A stretch of 64,000 nucleotides of DNA from Turneriella sp. Its GTDB lineage: Bacteria; Spirochaetota; Leptospiria; Turneriellales; Turneriellaceae. Both the position numbers and the translations under genes were made by a program. Below, one piece after another: positions 20,884 to 31,202 of this stretch. The stretch spans positions 96,001 to 160,000 of the forward strand of contig CBDIID010000003.1 of NCBI GenBank assembly GCA_965279515.1, written 5' to 3'. Position 1 is the first letter of the stretch; each line of letters opens with the position of its first letter. The notes under the pieces were generated by a model. That model was given only the letters and a program-made list of their open reading frames with translations. It made no database searches and was not told the DNA's origin.

Positions 20884-21282
20884 TTAATGTTTTCGGGTAA
20901 TCTCTAGTAGGAAGGTTGCGGGAGACACGATTCTTATAGGGAAATCTGAAATAGATAATATATCCTTATCACCACTTATGAGATAATCGGCTCCTGACGC
21001 CAAGCCTAAAGCCAAGATGAAATTGTCATCAGGGTCCCGGCAAATATCGACTGTTTGTGTAACGGATACGAATGTCGCCTTTTTAATCAAAGTATCCTGC
21101 CAGTGCAAACCTAATTGCGGATTTTTTGAAAGTCGCTCGATTACCTCAACATACTCAGCAAGCAGCCCTGCTGACAGTATGAGCTCAAATTCACCACTAA
21201 GCCATTTGGATACTATCTGAGCAGGTTTCCCAGACCAAATAATACCCGAAACAAAGACGTTCGTATCTATAATGACTTTCAT
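20884..21282 (-). CDS. PIN-domain toxin (PIN_3-like)
   Basis: MKVIIDTNVFVSG...CRDPDDNFIL...LISGDKDIL. Confidence 0.85.
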   Translation of the reverse strand: MKVIIDTNVFVSGIIWSGKPAQIVSKWLSGEFELILSAGLLAEYVEVIERLSKNPQLGLHWQDTLIKKATFVSVTQTVDICRDPDDNFILALGLASGADYLISGDKDILSISDFPIRIVSPATFLLEITRKH

Positions 21283-21548
21283 CGAGCGCGTTTAGCGCGT
21301 GAGGCTTTGATTGCCTTCTGTAAGTCCTTTGGTGTCACTTTACGGCTTTTCATAACTTCTCGGGTGCGGCGTATCAGTGCATCAAACTCAGCCTTATCTG
21401 GCTCATTAATTTTTTTAAGGAGTAGATTGCTGCCATCTGCTATCACAATGAATTTTGTACCCTCACCGATTGACAATTGAGACCTTATGCTCTTGGGAAT
21501 TACAACCTGGCCTTTAGAGGACACGCTCGTGATTTCTATAGTTTCCAT
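21279..21548 (-). CDS. AbrB/MazE/SpoVT-family antitoxin
   Basis: TSVSSKGQVVIPKSIRSQL. Confidence 0.85.
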   Translation of the reverse strand: METIEITSVSSKGQVVIPKSIRSQLSIGEGTKFIVIADGSNLLLKKINEPDKAEFDALIRRTREVMKSRKVTPKDLQKAIKASRAKRAR

Positions 21549-21678
21549 ACCCCCCCTCGTAAGAATTTCTTACTAAGGACAAAATACAATATTAGCCATA
21601 ACCCGGCAAGATATTATGAGAAGTTTTGAATCGGCCAAGGATGGCCGAAAGCACAACAAACCAAGCGAAATTTCAGAC

Positions 21679-21893
21679 AACGTTGGATTTACGAGAAGTT
21701 GATGACGCGCCGCACAATGAATACAGACTTATTAGGAAAGCCGCATACCAAGCGTCATCAATTTGCCGAACCCACAGCGTTGCGCCGCACCGAATGCACG
21801 TCACGTGCGTGCGGCGTCAACGCTTCTTTGTGGGTGAGGCCGAGCACCCGAGGAGCTACGGCACCGCAGGGAGCGCAGCTCGTAAATCTTGTT
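21679..21893 (-). repeat. attC-like site R23 (divergent)
   Basis: AAC...GTT; ttgatgacgc/gcgtcatcaa hairpin. Confidence 0.8.
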
Positions 21894-21948
21894 CTCTGCC
21901 GTTGCCGATTCGGCCTAAATCACTGGGCATGGAGGCCCAGTGATGCTG

Positions 21949-22530
21949 CTAAAATCCCTTCGGAAAGAATGGCCACTTGGCATCAGCCATGTGCCCGATT
22001 TTCTCGACCAAGTTGAGTATATTCAAAGCACTTTCCTTTGCACTAGAGTCTTCTAATTGTGTGTTCTTGAGGGAGTCGTAGGACGCACCGTAAATGCCAA
22101 ATTTCGAGCATCTGAATGTCCAACAGATTTTCCCGAAAAAGACCGATCCGTCGTTCATGTCGACTTCATTGAATATGTCGACCGTAGGCGAAATCGAGTC
22201 CATAGTGCCTGCTAAGATCTCCTTCTGTTCTGATAAAATCGGAAAATAACGAATATCGGGTTGCTCCATTTTGCGCCGAATCACCATTCGCTGACTGGAT
22301 AAATTTATAGTGATGACAGCATATGGGGTAGAATCGGCGGTAGAACTCATTGCCAAGATTACGCAGTTTCTTTGACACTTGAGTTCATTTTGAATGCTTT
22401 CCAGTTCCGCAGTAAACCGTGAAAAACCAATTCTATCAGGGCCTATGTGCACACTTTTTTTGCACGACAGCAAGGCCGCAATAGTCAGCGCGATGAAGGC
22501 TTTGTGTCGGATCTTACCCAAATGGCTCAT
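21949..22530 (-). CDS. Putative lipoprotein
   Basis: AALLS-C lipobox; start MSHLGK. Confidence 0.7.
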   Translation of the reverse strand: MSHLGKIRHKAFIALTIAALLSCKKSVHIGPDRIGFSRFTAELESIQNELKCQRNCVILAMSSTADSTPYAVITINLSSQRMVIRRKMEQPDIRYFPILSEQKEILAGTMDSISPTVDIFNEVDMNDGSVFFGKICWTFRCSKFGIYGASYDSLKNTQLEDSSAKESALNILNLVEKIGHMADAKWPFFPKGF

Positions 22531-22595
22531 ATAGCAAACAGTGCACGCACGGAGGCGTGCAAAGAAGAAAACAATTTCTTTCGGCAATGGCAGAG

Positions 22596-22801
22596 AACGT
22601 GGAATTTACCTGAGGTTGAGTGACGCCTCGTTCAACTTTGCATTTTGTAAAACCATTTTGCGTCACTCAATCTGCCCGGAGCGCCTCGCGGCAAAGCACA
22701 AAACAAGCGTCCCGCTTGTGCTTTGCCCGCGATCTTTGGCGCATAGGGCCGAGCACGCGAGGAGCTACGGCACCGCAGCGGCGCAGCAGGTAAATTTTGT
22801 T
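22596..22801 (-). repeat. attC-like site R24 (B)
   Basis: AAC...GTT folded repeat. Confidence 0.85.
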
Positions 22802-22820
22802 AGCTGAAGTAGTCACGCAA

Positions 22821-23252
22821 TTAGGTTGCGCCCTTTTTTTCAATCGTTTTGAGAAATTCATTGGGGGTCATGATAATAGCAGAATTTTTCGGATAATCTT
22901 TGGTATTCCGCGAAATGAATATATCTACTTTACCCTTTTTGAAAGCAAAATACTGCACGGAATCTTCAAAATCACGCATGTTTGAGGCCAATGCCGAGTC
23001 TATTGTTTCCTCTGTTACGGGGAGTATATGCACCAATTTTCTAAATTTCTGCAGAATCGACCTTGCTTGAGTCGCCCCAACATTTTTGCTCAGCAAATAA
23101 TACAAGTTCCAGACGATCAACGATGAAACAAAGCCTTGGATTTGCCTATTTTCAAGCAGATTGATAATTTTTACAGCAGCCGCATCGTGAGGCTGACGTT
23201 GCGCCAAATAATCTAAAATAACGTCTGAGTCTAAATATACCTTCTGCGTCAC
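22821..23252 (-). CDS. PIN-domain toxin
   Basis: VYLDSDVILDYL...DFEDSVQY...ISRNTKDY. Confidence 0.85.
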   Translation of the reverse strand: MTQKVYLDSDVILDYLAQRQPHDAAAVKIINLLENRQIQGFVSSLIVWNLYYLLSKNVGATQARSILQKFRKLVHILPVTEETIDSALASNMRDFEDSVQYFAFKKGKVDIFISRNTKDYPKNSAIIMTPNEFLKTIEKKGAT

Positions 23253-23513
23253 TTATTTATACTTCTTCTCGATATAGTCTGCAATATCTAATTTGTAATC
23301 GAGAGAGAGTTTCCCTTTGAGGACGCCATGAAGTTCCTGGGTTATAGGCCCAAGTGCATTCGTACTAGTCTTAGAGTCATTTTTTGAAATAGTGGAAAGA
23401 TAGTCTTGGACTATCTTTGAAATGCTCTTACCCCTTTTTTGGGCATATTTCTCGGCACTTTCAATGGTTTTCTTATCTAAGGACAATGTTAGTTTTGCAC
23501 TGGACGAATGCAT
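23253..23513 (-). CDS. DUF6364-like RHH antitoxin
   Basis: KLTLSLDKKTIESAEKYAQKRGKSISKIVQDYL...EKKYK. Confidence 0.8.
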   Translation of the reverse strand: MHSSSAKLTLSLDKKTIESAEKYAQKRGKSISKIVQDYLSTISKNDSKTSTNALGPITQELHGVLKGKLSLDYKLDIADYIEKKYK

Positions 23514-23574
23514 ACGTACATTTTAATAAAAATACTTACGTACGACAAGTTTTTCTTGCGTGACTATTTCAGCT

Positions 23575-23782
23575 AACGTGGAATTTACCTGAGGTTGAGT
23601 GACGCTTCGTTCAACTTTGTATTTTGTAAAGCCATTTTGCGTCACTCAATCTGCCCGGAGCGCCTCGCGGCAAAGCACAAAACAAGCGTCCCGCTTGTGC
23701 TTTGTCCGCGATCTTCTGGCGCGTAGGGCCGAGCACGCGAGGAGCCACGGCACCGCAGCGAGCGCAGCAGGTAAATTTTGTT
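23575..23782 (-). repeat. attC-like site R25 (B)
   Basis: AAC...GTT folded repeat. Confidence 0.85.
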
Positions 23783-24627
23783 GTGCGCCGATTGCGCTTC
23801 TTTCATAGACCGCTTCTAAGCTGCTCCATGATGCTAGGAGTTGACAGTTCTGCATACGTTAATTCTCGAGTTTCCTTAATCTCAATAGCCCGGCAAGGCC
23901 CGGTACTTTCGTTATCATGGCCTGATCTTAGATTTTTTTCCACAGCTGTATAAATGATAATTTTACCACGTGGTTTGTTAGAATAAGCTATAAAGCTAAA
24001 AGGTTGATTACGATAAAATCGGACTGAAAACTTGCCTTGAACTTCAATGCCTGAGAAATAGGTTTTTTTCTCTCTATGTATTAAAAACGGGTAGAAATCT
24101 ACCGCTTTTTCAGGTACTTTGCCTTCGACGCAACTCATCGGTTCCGGATAAGGCCAACTTGGGCCATGTTCATAGCCAGCCATGAGGGCCGTCTCTGTTT
24201 GTTTATCAGGAATTGATTCAGAAATCATGACGACATAAATATCATCCATGACATGGAGATCTGCTTCCATTTTGAGAGTGCGTTCGTTAATGAACTTAAA
24301 TGCTCTGCCACGACTGCGTTGTCCGTAACTGCCGATAGATATGGCACAGCCCCCGGGGTAGTCGAAGTCAAACTGCCCAAGTTTGTCCGTAGGCCAAACT
24401 TTTAGGGTAGTTCGATCGATAATTGGGAAAAATCTAGCAGGTGAACCGTTATTAAAAATAATTCTCCCTTTCAAGCGACGCTTAATTGAAGGGTCGCAGT
24501 TTATATAAACTGGGGGGCCTGGAATTTCCTGGCGCCAGCCAGCGCCGGTGAGATCGTATTTCAGGATAGTCCGCGTAGGCGCGTCTATCGTTATTTGGTG
24601 TAACTGGTTATGTTCCGCCGCTCCTAG

Positions 24628-25868
24628 CAGGGTGTTGAAAAACGCATAGAATCGGGTATCCGTTCAAACCATAAATACGATTGGACGGGCACGTATTTTG
24701 CGCCTTGCCACCTTCGCTTCTGGGCGCAACGGGCTCATAGCTTGCCAGCCAAAATAACCAGATTGGCTGCCGCCATCGTGAATATGAAATGAAAGCCAAC
24801 CTTAGCTTTGCCGCAGTAGCGTGTTTTACGGATACCACCGATGGTTTTGCCCCAGCCAAATAATTCTTCAATCCGTTTGCGAACGCGTTGGCTGATTGCA
24901 TAGCCGGTACTTCGCGCCGTTCGGCGATCAAGGCCTGGTGTTTTTCGTGTTTCAATCATGGCGATGTGCGGTTTTATCTTCAATGACCTGAGCGATGCTA
25001 CCATGTCTTTCGTATGGTAGCCTTTGTCTGCACCCAATGTTCGCGGCTTGATTTTGCGCTTGCGGAGATTCTTTAATAGAGCAAGCAAGCCACGGCGTTC
25101 TGCTTTGCCATCAGCAGCCTCCAGGTTTGCCGCAACACAAAGACCGGTACGATTTTCCATGACGACATTACCGCAGTAAGACAGCTTTGCTTCTTTGCCG
25201 GGGCCCTTGCGTGCAAGCATGGATTCGGGATCAGTAGTACTGGCATGTGTTTCATTGCTGCGTTTTTCATCGTGAAAATTCACGATCGGATTGCGACTGG
25301 TGTCTATTGGCTTTTCGCGTTTTACGTCTGCATCTTTTTGTTTCGGCTTAAAGCTTTTAAGCGATGCCCATGCTTCGATCAATGTGCCGTCAGCGGTGAA
25401 GTGTTCATCAGAGACCAGATTCTTGCTTTGCGCAAAACGAACGACCTGCGCCAGAAAGCTATTTGCGATTTCCTGATTGAGGAGGCGTTCGCGGTTTTTG
25501 GCAAAAGTACTGTGATTCGGAACAGGATCATTCGGCATCAGATCAAGAAACCAGCGGAAGAGAAAATTGTAGCTGAGTTGTTCACAAAGCTGGCGCTCCG
25601 AACGAATCGAATAAAAAGCGATCAGAAGCGATGCCTTCAGCAAAAACTCCGGCGGTATCGAGGGTCTGCCAGCATCGGCGTACATCTTATCAAGTGCTCC
25701 ATCCAGTTTGCCGAGCACGTCATCGGCCATAGTCTTGATTTTACGCAATGGATGCGACGGCGGAATCAGATCTTCCGCAGAGAAATTGTAGAGAAAATTC
25801 ATCTGAGCTTTTTGGTCACCGCGCATTGGCTCAATATAATCAAAATTAAGGACTTCTTCAACACCCTG
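24628..25868 (-). mobile_element. IS5-family IS
   Basis: TIR CAGGGTGTTGAA/TTCAACACCCTG; CTAG TSD at 24624-24627 and 25869-25872. Confidence 0.9.
24735..25826 (-). CDS. IS5-family transposase
   Basis: GRPSIPPE...FTADGTLIEAWAS...LGADKGY...RKRIEELFGWGKT. Confidence 0.9.
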   Translation of the reverse strand: MRGDQKAQMNFLYNFSAEDLIPPSHPLRKIKTMADDVLGKLDGALDKMYADAGRPSIPPEFLLKASLLIAFYSIRSERQLCEQLSYNFLFRWFLDLMPNDPVPNHSTFAKNRERLLNQEIANSFLAQVVRFAQSKNLVSDEHFTADGTLIEAWASLKSFKPKQKDADVKREKPIDTSRNPIVNFHDEKRSNETHASTTDPESMLARKGPGKEAKLSYCGNVVMENRTGLCVAANLEAADGKAERRGLLALLKNLRKRKIKPRTLGADKGYHTKDMVASLRSLKIKPHIAMIETRKTPGLDRRTARSTGYAISQRVRKRIEELFGWGKTIGGIRKTRYCGKAKVGFHFIFTMAAANLVILAGKL

Positions 25869-25974
25869 CTAGATGCCATAATGTTAGGCTTAAAAATAAT
25901 AAATTTCTGAAAATTGAAATTTTATTCTTCTGGTTAAATTTCATTGAAGTGCTCTGAGTTATGACATTTCAGAC

Positions 25975-26182
25975 AACGCGGAATTTACCTGACGTTTGGT
26001 GACGCTTGTGTCATTATTTCAACCTGTAAAGCCTATTTGCGTCACCAAATGTGCCCGAAGCGCCTGCCCGAGCCCGGCAAAACCAAGCTCCCGCTTGGCC
26101 GGGCGCAGGGCATCTTTGGCGCGTAGGGCCGAGCACCCGAGGAGCCACGGCACCGCAGGGAGCGCAGCAGGTAAATTTTGTT
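25975..26182 (-). repeat. attC-like site R26 (C variant)
   Basis: AAC...GTT folded repeat. Confidence 0.85.
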
Positions 26183-26205
26183 GTGCGCAGTAAAGTCACT
26201 ATCGG

Positions 26206-26850
26206 TTAGCTTTGCTTGATTGTTACTCGAAGCTGACCCAGAAGTTTTCGAATCAGTTCAATGTAGTAGCCAATCAGATCCTTTTGCACCAATAGCTGAC
26301 CGTGCTTAACCAATAGATATTTTGAATTATTAAGCGTCTTAGGTAATTTGTCTATTTTTTCAACAGTTGTTTCGCCATTGTCGTGTACAATGATTTGTCG
26401 GATTCTTTGCATTGCGTCAATCTCAAACCACAGGGCTCCGGTGTCTGGGAATGGCAATTTCAAGACTTTCTTAAAATAAACTTTTGCTCGATCTAGCGGT
26501 TTTCCGTTCAGGTCGCCCATGCTCAATGCTAGGTTATGTTTTTGTTGGGCGGTTTTACAGTAATCACTCAAACTTTTCTCTAAAAAACTGCTCAGTGAAA
26601 CGATCATCGAATTGCGAACCATTTCAGGAAAAGTCTCTGATAAATCCGTAAAACGCTCGGAATGAAAATCGTAGTGACTATCGAGAGCTTCTTCATCTTT
26701 TATCTTCGCCGCTTGTTTATCAACCCACAGCCGGAAGCTGGAAAGCGAATCTACTAGCATTGATTCAGTTAAATCATGCAACTCAGAATACTTCTGCAAT
26801 TCGTAATCGGAAAAATCTAATGGAACCAAAAATAAGTCATCTAGTGTCAT
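26206..26850 (-). CDS. Hypothetical protein with HEPN-like RxxxxH motif
   Basis: SFLE helix plus RQIIVH. Confidence 0.55.
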   Translation of the reverse strand: MTLDDLFLVPLDFSDYELQKYSELHDLTESMLVDSLSSFRLWVDKQAAKIKDEEALDSHYDFHSERFTDLSETFPEMVRNSMIVSLSSFLEKSLSDYCKTAQQKHNLALSMGDLNGKPLDRAKVYFKKVLKLPFPDTGALWFEIDAMQRIRQIIVHDNGETTVEKIDKLPKTLNNSKYLLVKHGQLLVQKDLIGYYIELIRKLLGQLRVTIKQS

Positions 26851-26879
26851 ATTATTATTCCTGTGACTTTATTGCGCAC

Positions 26880-27096
26880 AACGTGGAATTTACCTGAGGT
26901 CGATAGTGCATCGCACAATAAATGCAGTCTTTATTCGAAAGCCGCGTATTGATGCACTATCGATCTGCCGTAGGTCGCCTCGTTGCGCCGCACCGAATGC
27001 ACGTCCCGTGCGTGCGGCGTCAACGACTCTTAGGCGACCGGAGGCCGAGGACGCGAGCCAACGAAGTGCTCGCGCCCGCAGCAGGTAAATTTTGTT
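26880..27096 (-). repeat. attC-like site R27 (D)
   Basis: AAC...GTT folded repeat. Confidence 0.85.
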
Positions 27097-27143
27097 GTGC
27101 GTAGTTACGGTGGACAAAGTAGCAAGGGATTTAGCTTTGTATT

Positions 27144-27740
27144 ATGCGAGTTTCTAGTCTGCTTTCTCTGGCATTAATGGTTTCTGGATGTATTTCTGAA
27201 AGGAGTTTCATATCACCAGAAGGGAAGCTTGAATTTGAAATAGTTGGCAGGTTCTTTAACGATGAAAGGGCGAAATCTTGGCAGGGCCCTGTGCAGAGAG
27301 TCCAAGTAGAAATCAGCAAAAAAGACGGCAAGTACACAGGTACCATAGATCGGAAAATTGTCCACCTAAGGGATGATAAGATTTTTATGGTCCATTATAA
27401 GGCTGAATTGTACGGGGCTCGGCATTCAGCGCATGAAATAAATTTCAGAGATCGCATAATTTTATCGTGTGGCTATTATCTAAAGGATGGGATCAAGAAG
27501 CCTATTCTGGATTTGGTGCTTGAGGATTTCAAAGGTCCAGACTGCAGATCTAAAGAGAATCTCGAGCAATATCAGGCTAGAGAGGAAAAAGAGGAATTTG
27601 GCTCAATATACTTCAACATAAAAAACAATTCAGAGATCTGGTGGAGTCCGAAGGAGGACATGAGGTCAATAAAGTTAGTTCGGCAAATGGACCCATTCAA
27701 AACAGAATCTGAATTAGCGGGAAAAATTTTCCCACCGTAA
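27144..27740 (+). CDS. Putative lipoprotein (inverted cassette, lacks ANGGA hairpins)
   Basis: LMVSG-C lipobox; stop codon lies inside the cassette terminal repeat. Confidence 0.75.
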   Translation: MRVSSLLSLALMVSGCISERSFISPEGKLEFEIVGRFFNDERAKSWQGPVQRVQVEISKKDGKYTGTIDRKIVHLRDDKIFMVHYKAELYGARHSAHEINFRDRIILSCGYYLKDGIKKPILDLVLEDFKGPDCRSKENLEQYQAREEKEEFGSIYFNIKNNSEIWWSPKEDMRSIKLVRQMDPFKTESELAGKIFPP

Positions 27741-27748
27741 TTACGCAC

Positions 27749-27955
27749 AACGTGGATTTTACGCTGACGTTTTTTGACGCTCGTGTCATTTATTCAATCT
27801 GTAAAGCCGATTCGCGTCAAAAAATGTGGTCGTAGCGGCTCGCGGCGAGGCGCGAAAACACACCTCCCGGTGTGCGCGTCGTCCGCGATCTTTGCCGCGG
27901 AGACCCGAGCACGCGACCCAACGGAGTGGTCGCGGCGCAGCGCGTAAAATTTGTT
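27749..27955 (-). repeat. attC-like site R28 (A/E mosaic)
   Basis: AAC...GTT folded repeat. Confidence 0.85.
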
Positions 27956-27993
27956 GGCCGCCGTAACGGGTTGGGTTAAAGCATGCTAGGACA

Positions 27994-28359
27994 TTATCGG
28001 AGATAATACAAATACACGGCGTACCCAATCATTCCCGCCAATTCGCTTTTCTTAAGTTTTGAGAATTTTTCTTTGAAATGTCTAATTAAAGCATTATGAT
28101 CAAAATCAGCCATTTCGGCATATTTTGAATCTGACGCTTTTCGATAGAATTTAGATTTGTGATATTTTCTGATTTCAGCGTATAAAGCCTTCTGAAAACT
28201 ACGGATATAGGTTAACCGTTCAAGGTCAATTTTACCGAACTTGTAATATGCTAGGCTCCGTTTGATTTTACTCTCTGTATTTGATTCCGTCCCATCAAAT
28301 TCCCAGATCAATTTGCTAAAGTAGATAAAATCGGCAGAAGGTGGGGTCGATTTCGGCAT
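27994..28359 (-). CDS. Hypothetical protein
   Basis: 121-aa ORF filling cassette. Confidence 0.65.
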   Translation of the reverse strand: MPKSTPPSADFIYFSKLIWEFDGTESNTESKIKRSLAYYKFGKIDLERLTYIRSFQKALYAEIRKYHKSKFYRKASDSKYAEMADFDHNALIRHFKEKFSKLKKSELAGMIGYAVYLYYLR

Positions 28360-28459
28360 GTTAAACCACTCTAGTAAATCAGTCTGTCGCTCAGCTTAAA
28401 TGCTCTTTCTTGTAAAATAAAATTATTTGAAGTGAGTTTTTCATCCCGTTATGGCGGCC

Positions 28460-28666
28460 AACGTGGAATTTACCTGAGGTTGAGTGACGCTTCGTTCAAC
28501 TTTGTGTTCTGTAAAGTCATTTTGCGTCACTCAATCTGCCCGGAGCGCCTCGCGGCAAAGCACAAAACAAGCGTCCCGCTTGTGCTTTGTCCGCGATCTT
28601 CGGCGCGCAGGGCCGAGCACGCGAGGAGCTACGGCACCGCAGCGAGCGCAGCAGGTAAATTTTGTT
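28460..28666 (-). repeat. attC-like site R29 (B)
   Basis: AAC...GTT folded repeat. Confidence 0.85.
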
Positions 28667-28684
28667 GTCTGAAGTGGTCGCCAT

Positions 28685-29074
28685 TCAGTGGCCTTCTCGA
28701 TCTGATAACTCGATAATGGGAGCCTGGGCGGAAACTAAGTCGAATACTAAACCACCTTCTAAATGAATATGGTGTAGTGGCATTGGGGGAGCTTCTCCGC
28801 CAATAAAACCGTACTCTAGTCCCCTAGATCGCATAAAAGCCATGCTCTCGTGAATAGTGTATGTAATATCTGCCAAAAACCAAGCATCAGGGTCTTCAAT
28901 CGTAAGTGAAGTCTTGAATAATAGCACCGCTTTACAAATAAGCCGGTACTTTTGGTCATCTTCAGGTGCATGAATTTCTATTGAAGCCGTCTGATTGCTT
29001 GCTGCAAAGGCGACGTCTAAAATATCCAGCATTGGGTCTTTTTCCCATTTCTGTAGTAAATCAAGTGTATTCAT
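28685..29074 (-). CDS. Hypothetical protein
   Basis: 129-aa acidic ORF filling cassette. Confidence 0.65.
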   Translation of the reverse strand: MNTLDLLQKWEKDPMLDILDVAFAASNQTASIEIHAPEDDQKYRLICKAVLLFKTSLTIEDPDAWFLADITYTIHESMAFMRSRGLEYGFIGGEAPPMPLHHIHLEGGLVFDLVSAQAPIIELSDREGH

Positions 29075-29140
29075 AAGTGTTTAAATGCTTAGCAGAGGTT
29101 CATTGTATTTGTGTGAAATAATCTGGCGACCATTTCAGAC

Positions 29141-29351
29141 AACGTGGAAAATACCCGAATTGCGCCCCCGCGGGTGTAAAGTGCAAATAATCACGGCCTT
29201 ATGCGACTTTCGTGGGAGCGCATTTGCCCGGAGCGCCTCGCGAGCCTGCCAAAACACACCTCCCGGTGTGGCAGGCGCAGCGATCTTTGGCGCGTAGGGC
29301 CGAGGACGCGACCCAACGTAGTGGTCGCGCCCGCAGCGGGTATTTTTTGTT
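29141..29351 (-). repeat. attC-like site R30 (E mosaic)
   Basis: AAC...GTT folded repeat. Confidence 0.85.
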
Positions 29352-29426
29352 GTGCGATGAATCTGCAAGGCATTACAAATGCCCCCGGCCAAGCATGGAG
29401 GCTTGGCCGGAGATTACTACAAATAT

Positions 29427-29455
29427 TTGACCTTGTGTTTCAATTGATATACATT
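29427..29455 (+). promoter_or_regulatory. Putative sigma70 promoter of DinJ-YafQ cassette
   Basis: TTGACC-17 nt-TACATT just upstream of ATG 29462. Confidence 0.5.
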
Positions 29456-29461
29456 GTCTGC

Positions 29462-29722
29462 ATGGCCAAAGACGCAATTATAAATGCCCGGGTTGAAAGC
29501 CGACTTAAGACTAAGGTCGATCAGATTTTCAATGTTCTGGGATTGTCTCAAACCGAAGCCATAACGCTTTTTTATAAACAAGTTGAGCTTAACCAAGGGT
29601 TACCCTTTGACGTCAAAGTACCAAATAAGCTCACTAAAAAAACTCTTAAGGATTCGAGAATCGGGAAGAATATCAAGAAGTTTAAGTCAAAAACTGACCT
29701 CTACGCTGACTTGGGTATTTAG
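29462..29722 (+). CDS. dinJ: RelB/DinJ antitoxin
   Basis: INARVESRLK...LGLSQTEAITLFYKQV...GLPFDVKVPN. Confidence 0.85.
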   Translation: MAKDAIINARVESRLKTKVDQIFNVLGLSQTEAITLFYKQVELNQGLPFDVKVPNKLTKKTLKDSRIGKNIKKFKSKTDLYADLGI

Positions 29723-29991
29723 TGCTCGATATCGAGCGTAGCAATCAATTCAAGAAAGATCTAAAGCGATCTCTCAAGAGAGGCAAGGATCCAGAAAAAT
29801 TGAAGGTTCTTATTGAACTGTTAGTTCAACAGAAAGCTTTACCCGCTAAGAATAGAGATCACAAACTGGCGGGTGACTACATCGATTGCAGAGAATGCCA
29901 TATCGAGCCAGATTGGCTTCTGATCTATACAGCAAATGAGACGGTGCTGCGCCTAGAGCGGACAGGCTCACATGCAGATTTATTTGAATAG
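29722..29991 (+). CDS. yafQ: YafQ mRNA interferase toxin
   Basis: FKKDLKR...DHKLAG...RECHIEPDWLLIY...RTGSHADLF. Confidence 0.9.
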   Translation: MLDIERSNQFKKDLKRSLKRGKDPEKLKVLIELLVQQKALPAKNRDHKLAGDYIDCRECHIEPDWLLIYTANETVLRLERTGSHADLFE

Positions 29992-30050
29992 CGATTTATA
30001 GCGCTGACAGGATGTCAGCGAGGCTCAGGCGACTTGCAGATTTTTCGCAC

Positions 30051-30258
30051 AACGTGGAATTTACCTGACGATTGGTGACACTTGTGTCATTAATTTAATC
30101 AGGAAAGCCAAATCGTGTCACCAATTGTGCCCGGAGCGCCTCGCGGCAAAGCACAAAACAAGCGTCCCGCTTGTGCTTTGTCCGCGATCTTCTGGCGCGT
30201 AGGGCCGAGCACGCGAGGAGCCACGGCACCGCAGCGAGCGCAGCAGGTAAATTTTGTT
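30051..30258 (-). repeat. attC-like site R31 (C)
   Basis: AAC...GTT folded repeat. Confidence 0.85.
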
Positions 30259-30267
30259 GTGCGATGG

Positions 30268-31188
30268 TCAATATGGCTTCGGTTTAACTGGCATGCGCGC
30301 CTTCATCATTTTGATGATAGAGGCTTTTGTTTCTTGCTTCGGAATATAGCCAAGAATAGCTGATATCGCGGTATCATTGTACTTGGTACCTTCATAGACA
30401 CTGATTATCTGGATTTTGATATTTTGGGTTTTTTCTGGAAATATTATGGAGGAAAACTTTATCTCATCTTTAAAATCATGTAGTATCTCAAATTTGTCCG
30501 CAACTATTTTGATCTGTTTTAAACGGTTGTTTTGAGCAAAAAGGTACGGTCTATATATGTCTACATATCCGTTCAAAATTGTCATTCCGTCAGTTTTTCG
30601 GGTAAAAGTAACATTAATTTCCTCGGTTGAGCCAAAATCGGCTTCACCTTCTACCCAAGGCGGTACTAATTCGTCATAGTTAAAATCATGACAGGAGCAC
30701 CCTCGATAGAATTTTCGTTTCAACCAATCGGATTTGTAATCAATCTTCCGGCCGAAGATTGATTCAGAATAGAAAGATTTTGTGGAGATACTCTTAAGAT
30801 TAATATCAGATGGCTTAAACACGACGGAATTATTAGACCGAACACCGTAGTTACCCACATAATGTTCAGACATGCTCTCTTTACTCGGTAAATAGAATGC
30901 CTGATTAAAGGAATCACCTGGGATAAGGATGTATTTTCGATCACGAAGCTTAAACTGAATGAAGCTATTTTCTGTCTCAAAAACTATTTTCTTTGTAACA
31001 TCATCAAAAGCAGACTTCAATGAATCTTGCTCGTATTGAAATACTTTACGGCCATCAATTATCAAGCCGCCATTATCCATTAAGGGTAAAGGTATTACAT
31101 CCTCTGATTTTGGATAATCTATGCCACCGAGCTGGCCAAGGGTTATCAGTGATAGAAGTAAGGCGCGCATATAAGTTTTATTTGCCAT
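30268..31188 (-). CDS. Exported protein with NADase-type glycan-binding/discoidin-like C-terminal domain
   Basis: PWVEG...ILNGY...NNRLKQI...VYEGTKYNDTAIS motif. Confidence 0.65.
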   Translation of the reverse strand: MANKTYMRALLLSLITLGQLGGIDYPKSEDVIPLPLMDNGGLIIDGRKVFQYEQDSLKSAFDDVTKKIVFETENSFIQFKLRDRKYILIPGDSFNQAFYLPSKESMSEHYVGNYGVRSNNSVVFKPSDINLKSISTKSFYSESIFGRKIDYKSDWLKRKFYRGCSCHDFNYDELVPPWVEGEADFGSTEEINVTFTRKTDGMTILNGYVDIYRPYLFAQNNRLKQIKIVADKFEILHDFKDEIKFSSIIFPEKTQNIKIQIISVYEGTKYNDTAISAILGYIPKQETKASIIKMMKARMPVKPKPY

Positions 31189-31202
31189 ATTGACTTTCGC
31201 AC

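Larger units (their letters stand above)
23803..25944 (-). pseudogene. Exported protein gene interrupted by IS5
   Basis: Removing the IS and one CTAG joins MKFNQKNKISIFRNLLFLSLTLWHL (ATG 25944) in frame to GAAEHNQ...LKGRIIF of ORF 23803..24474. Confidence 0.8.

Noticed and set aside
25245..25910. 221-aa + strand ORF
   Set aside because: Antisense shadow of the IS5 transposase.
29201..29461. Long N-terminal extensions of ORFs such as 29201, 15432, 36216, 14307, 10341
   Set aside because: The extensions run through attC repeats; family-typical starts lie downstream.
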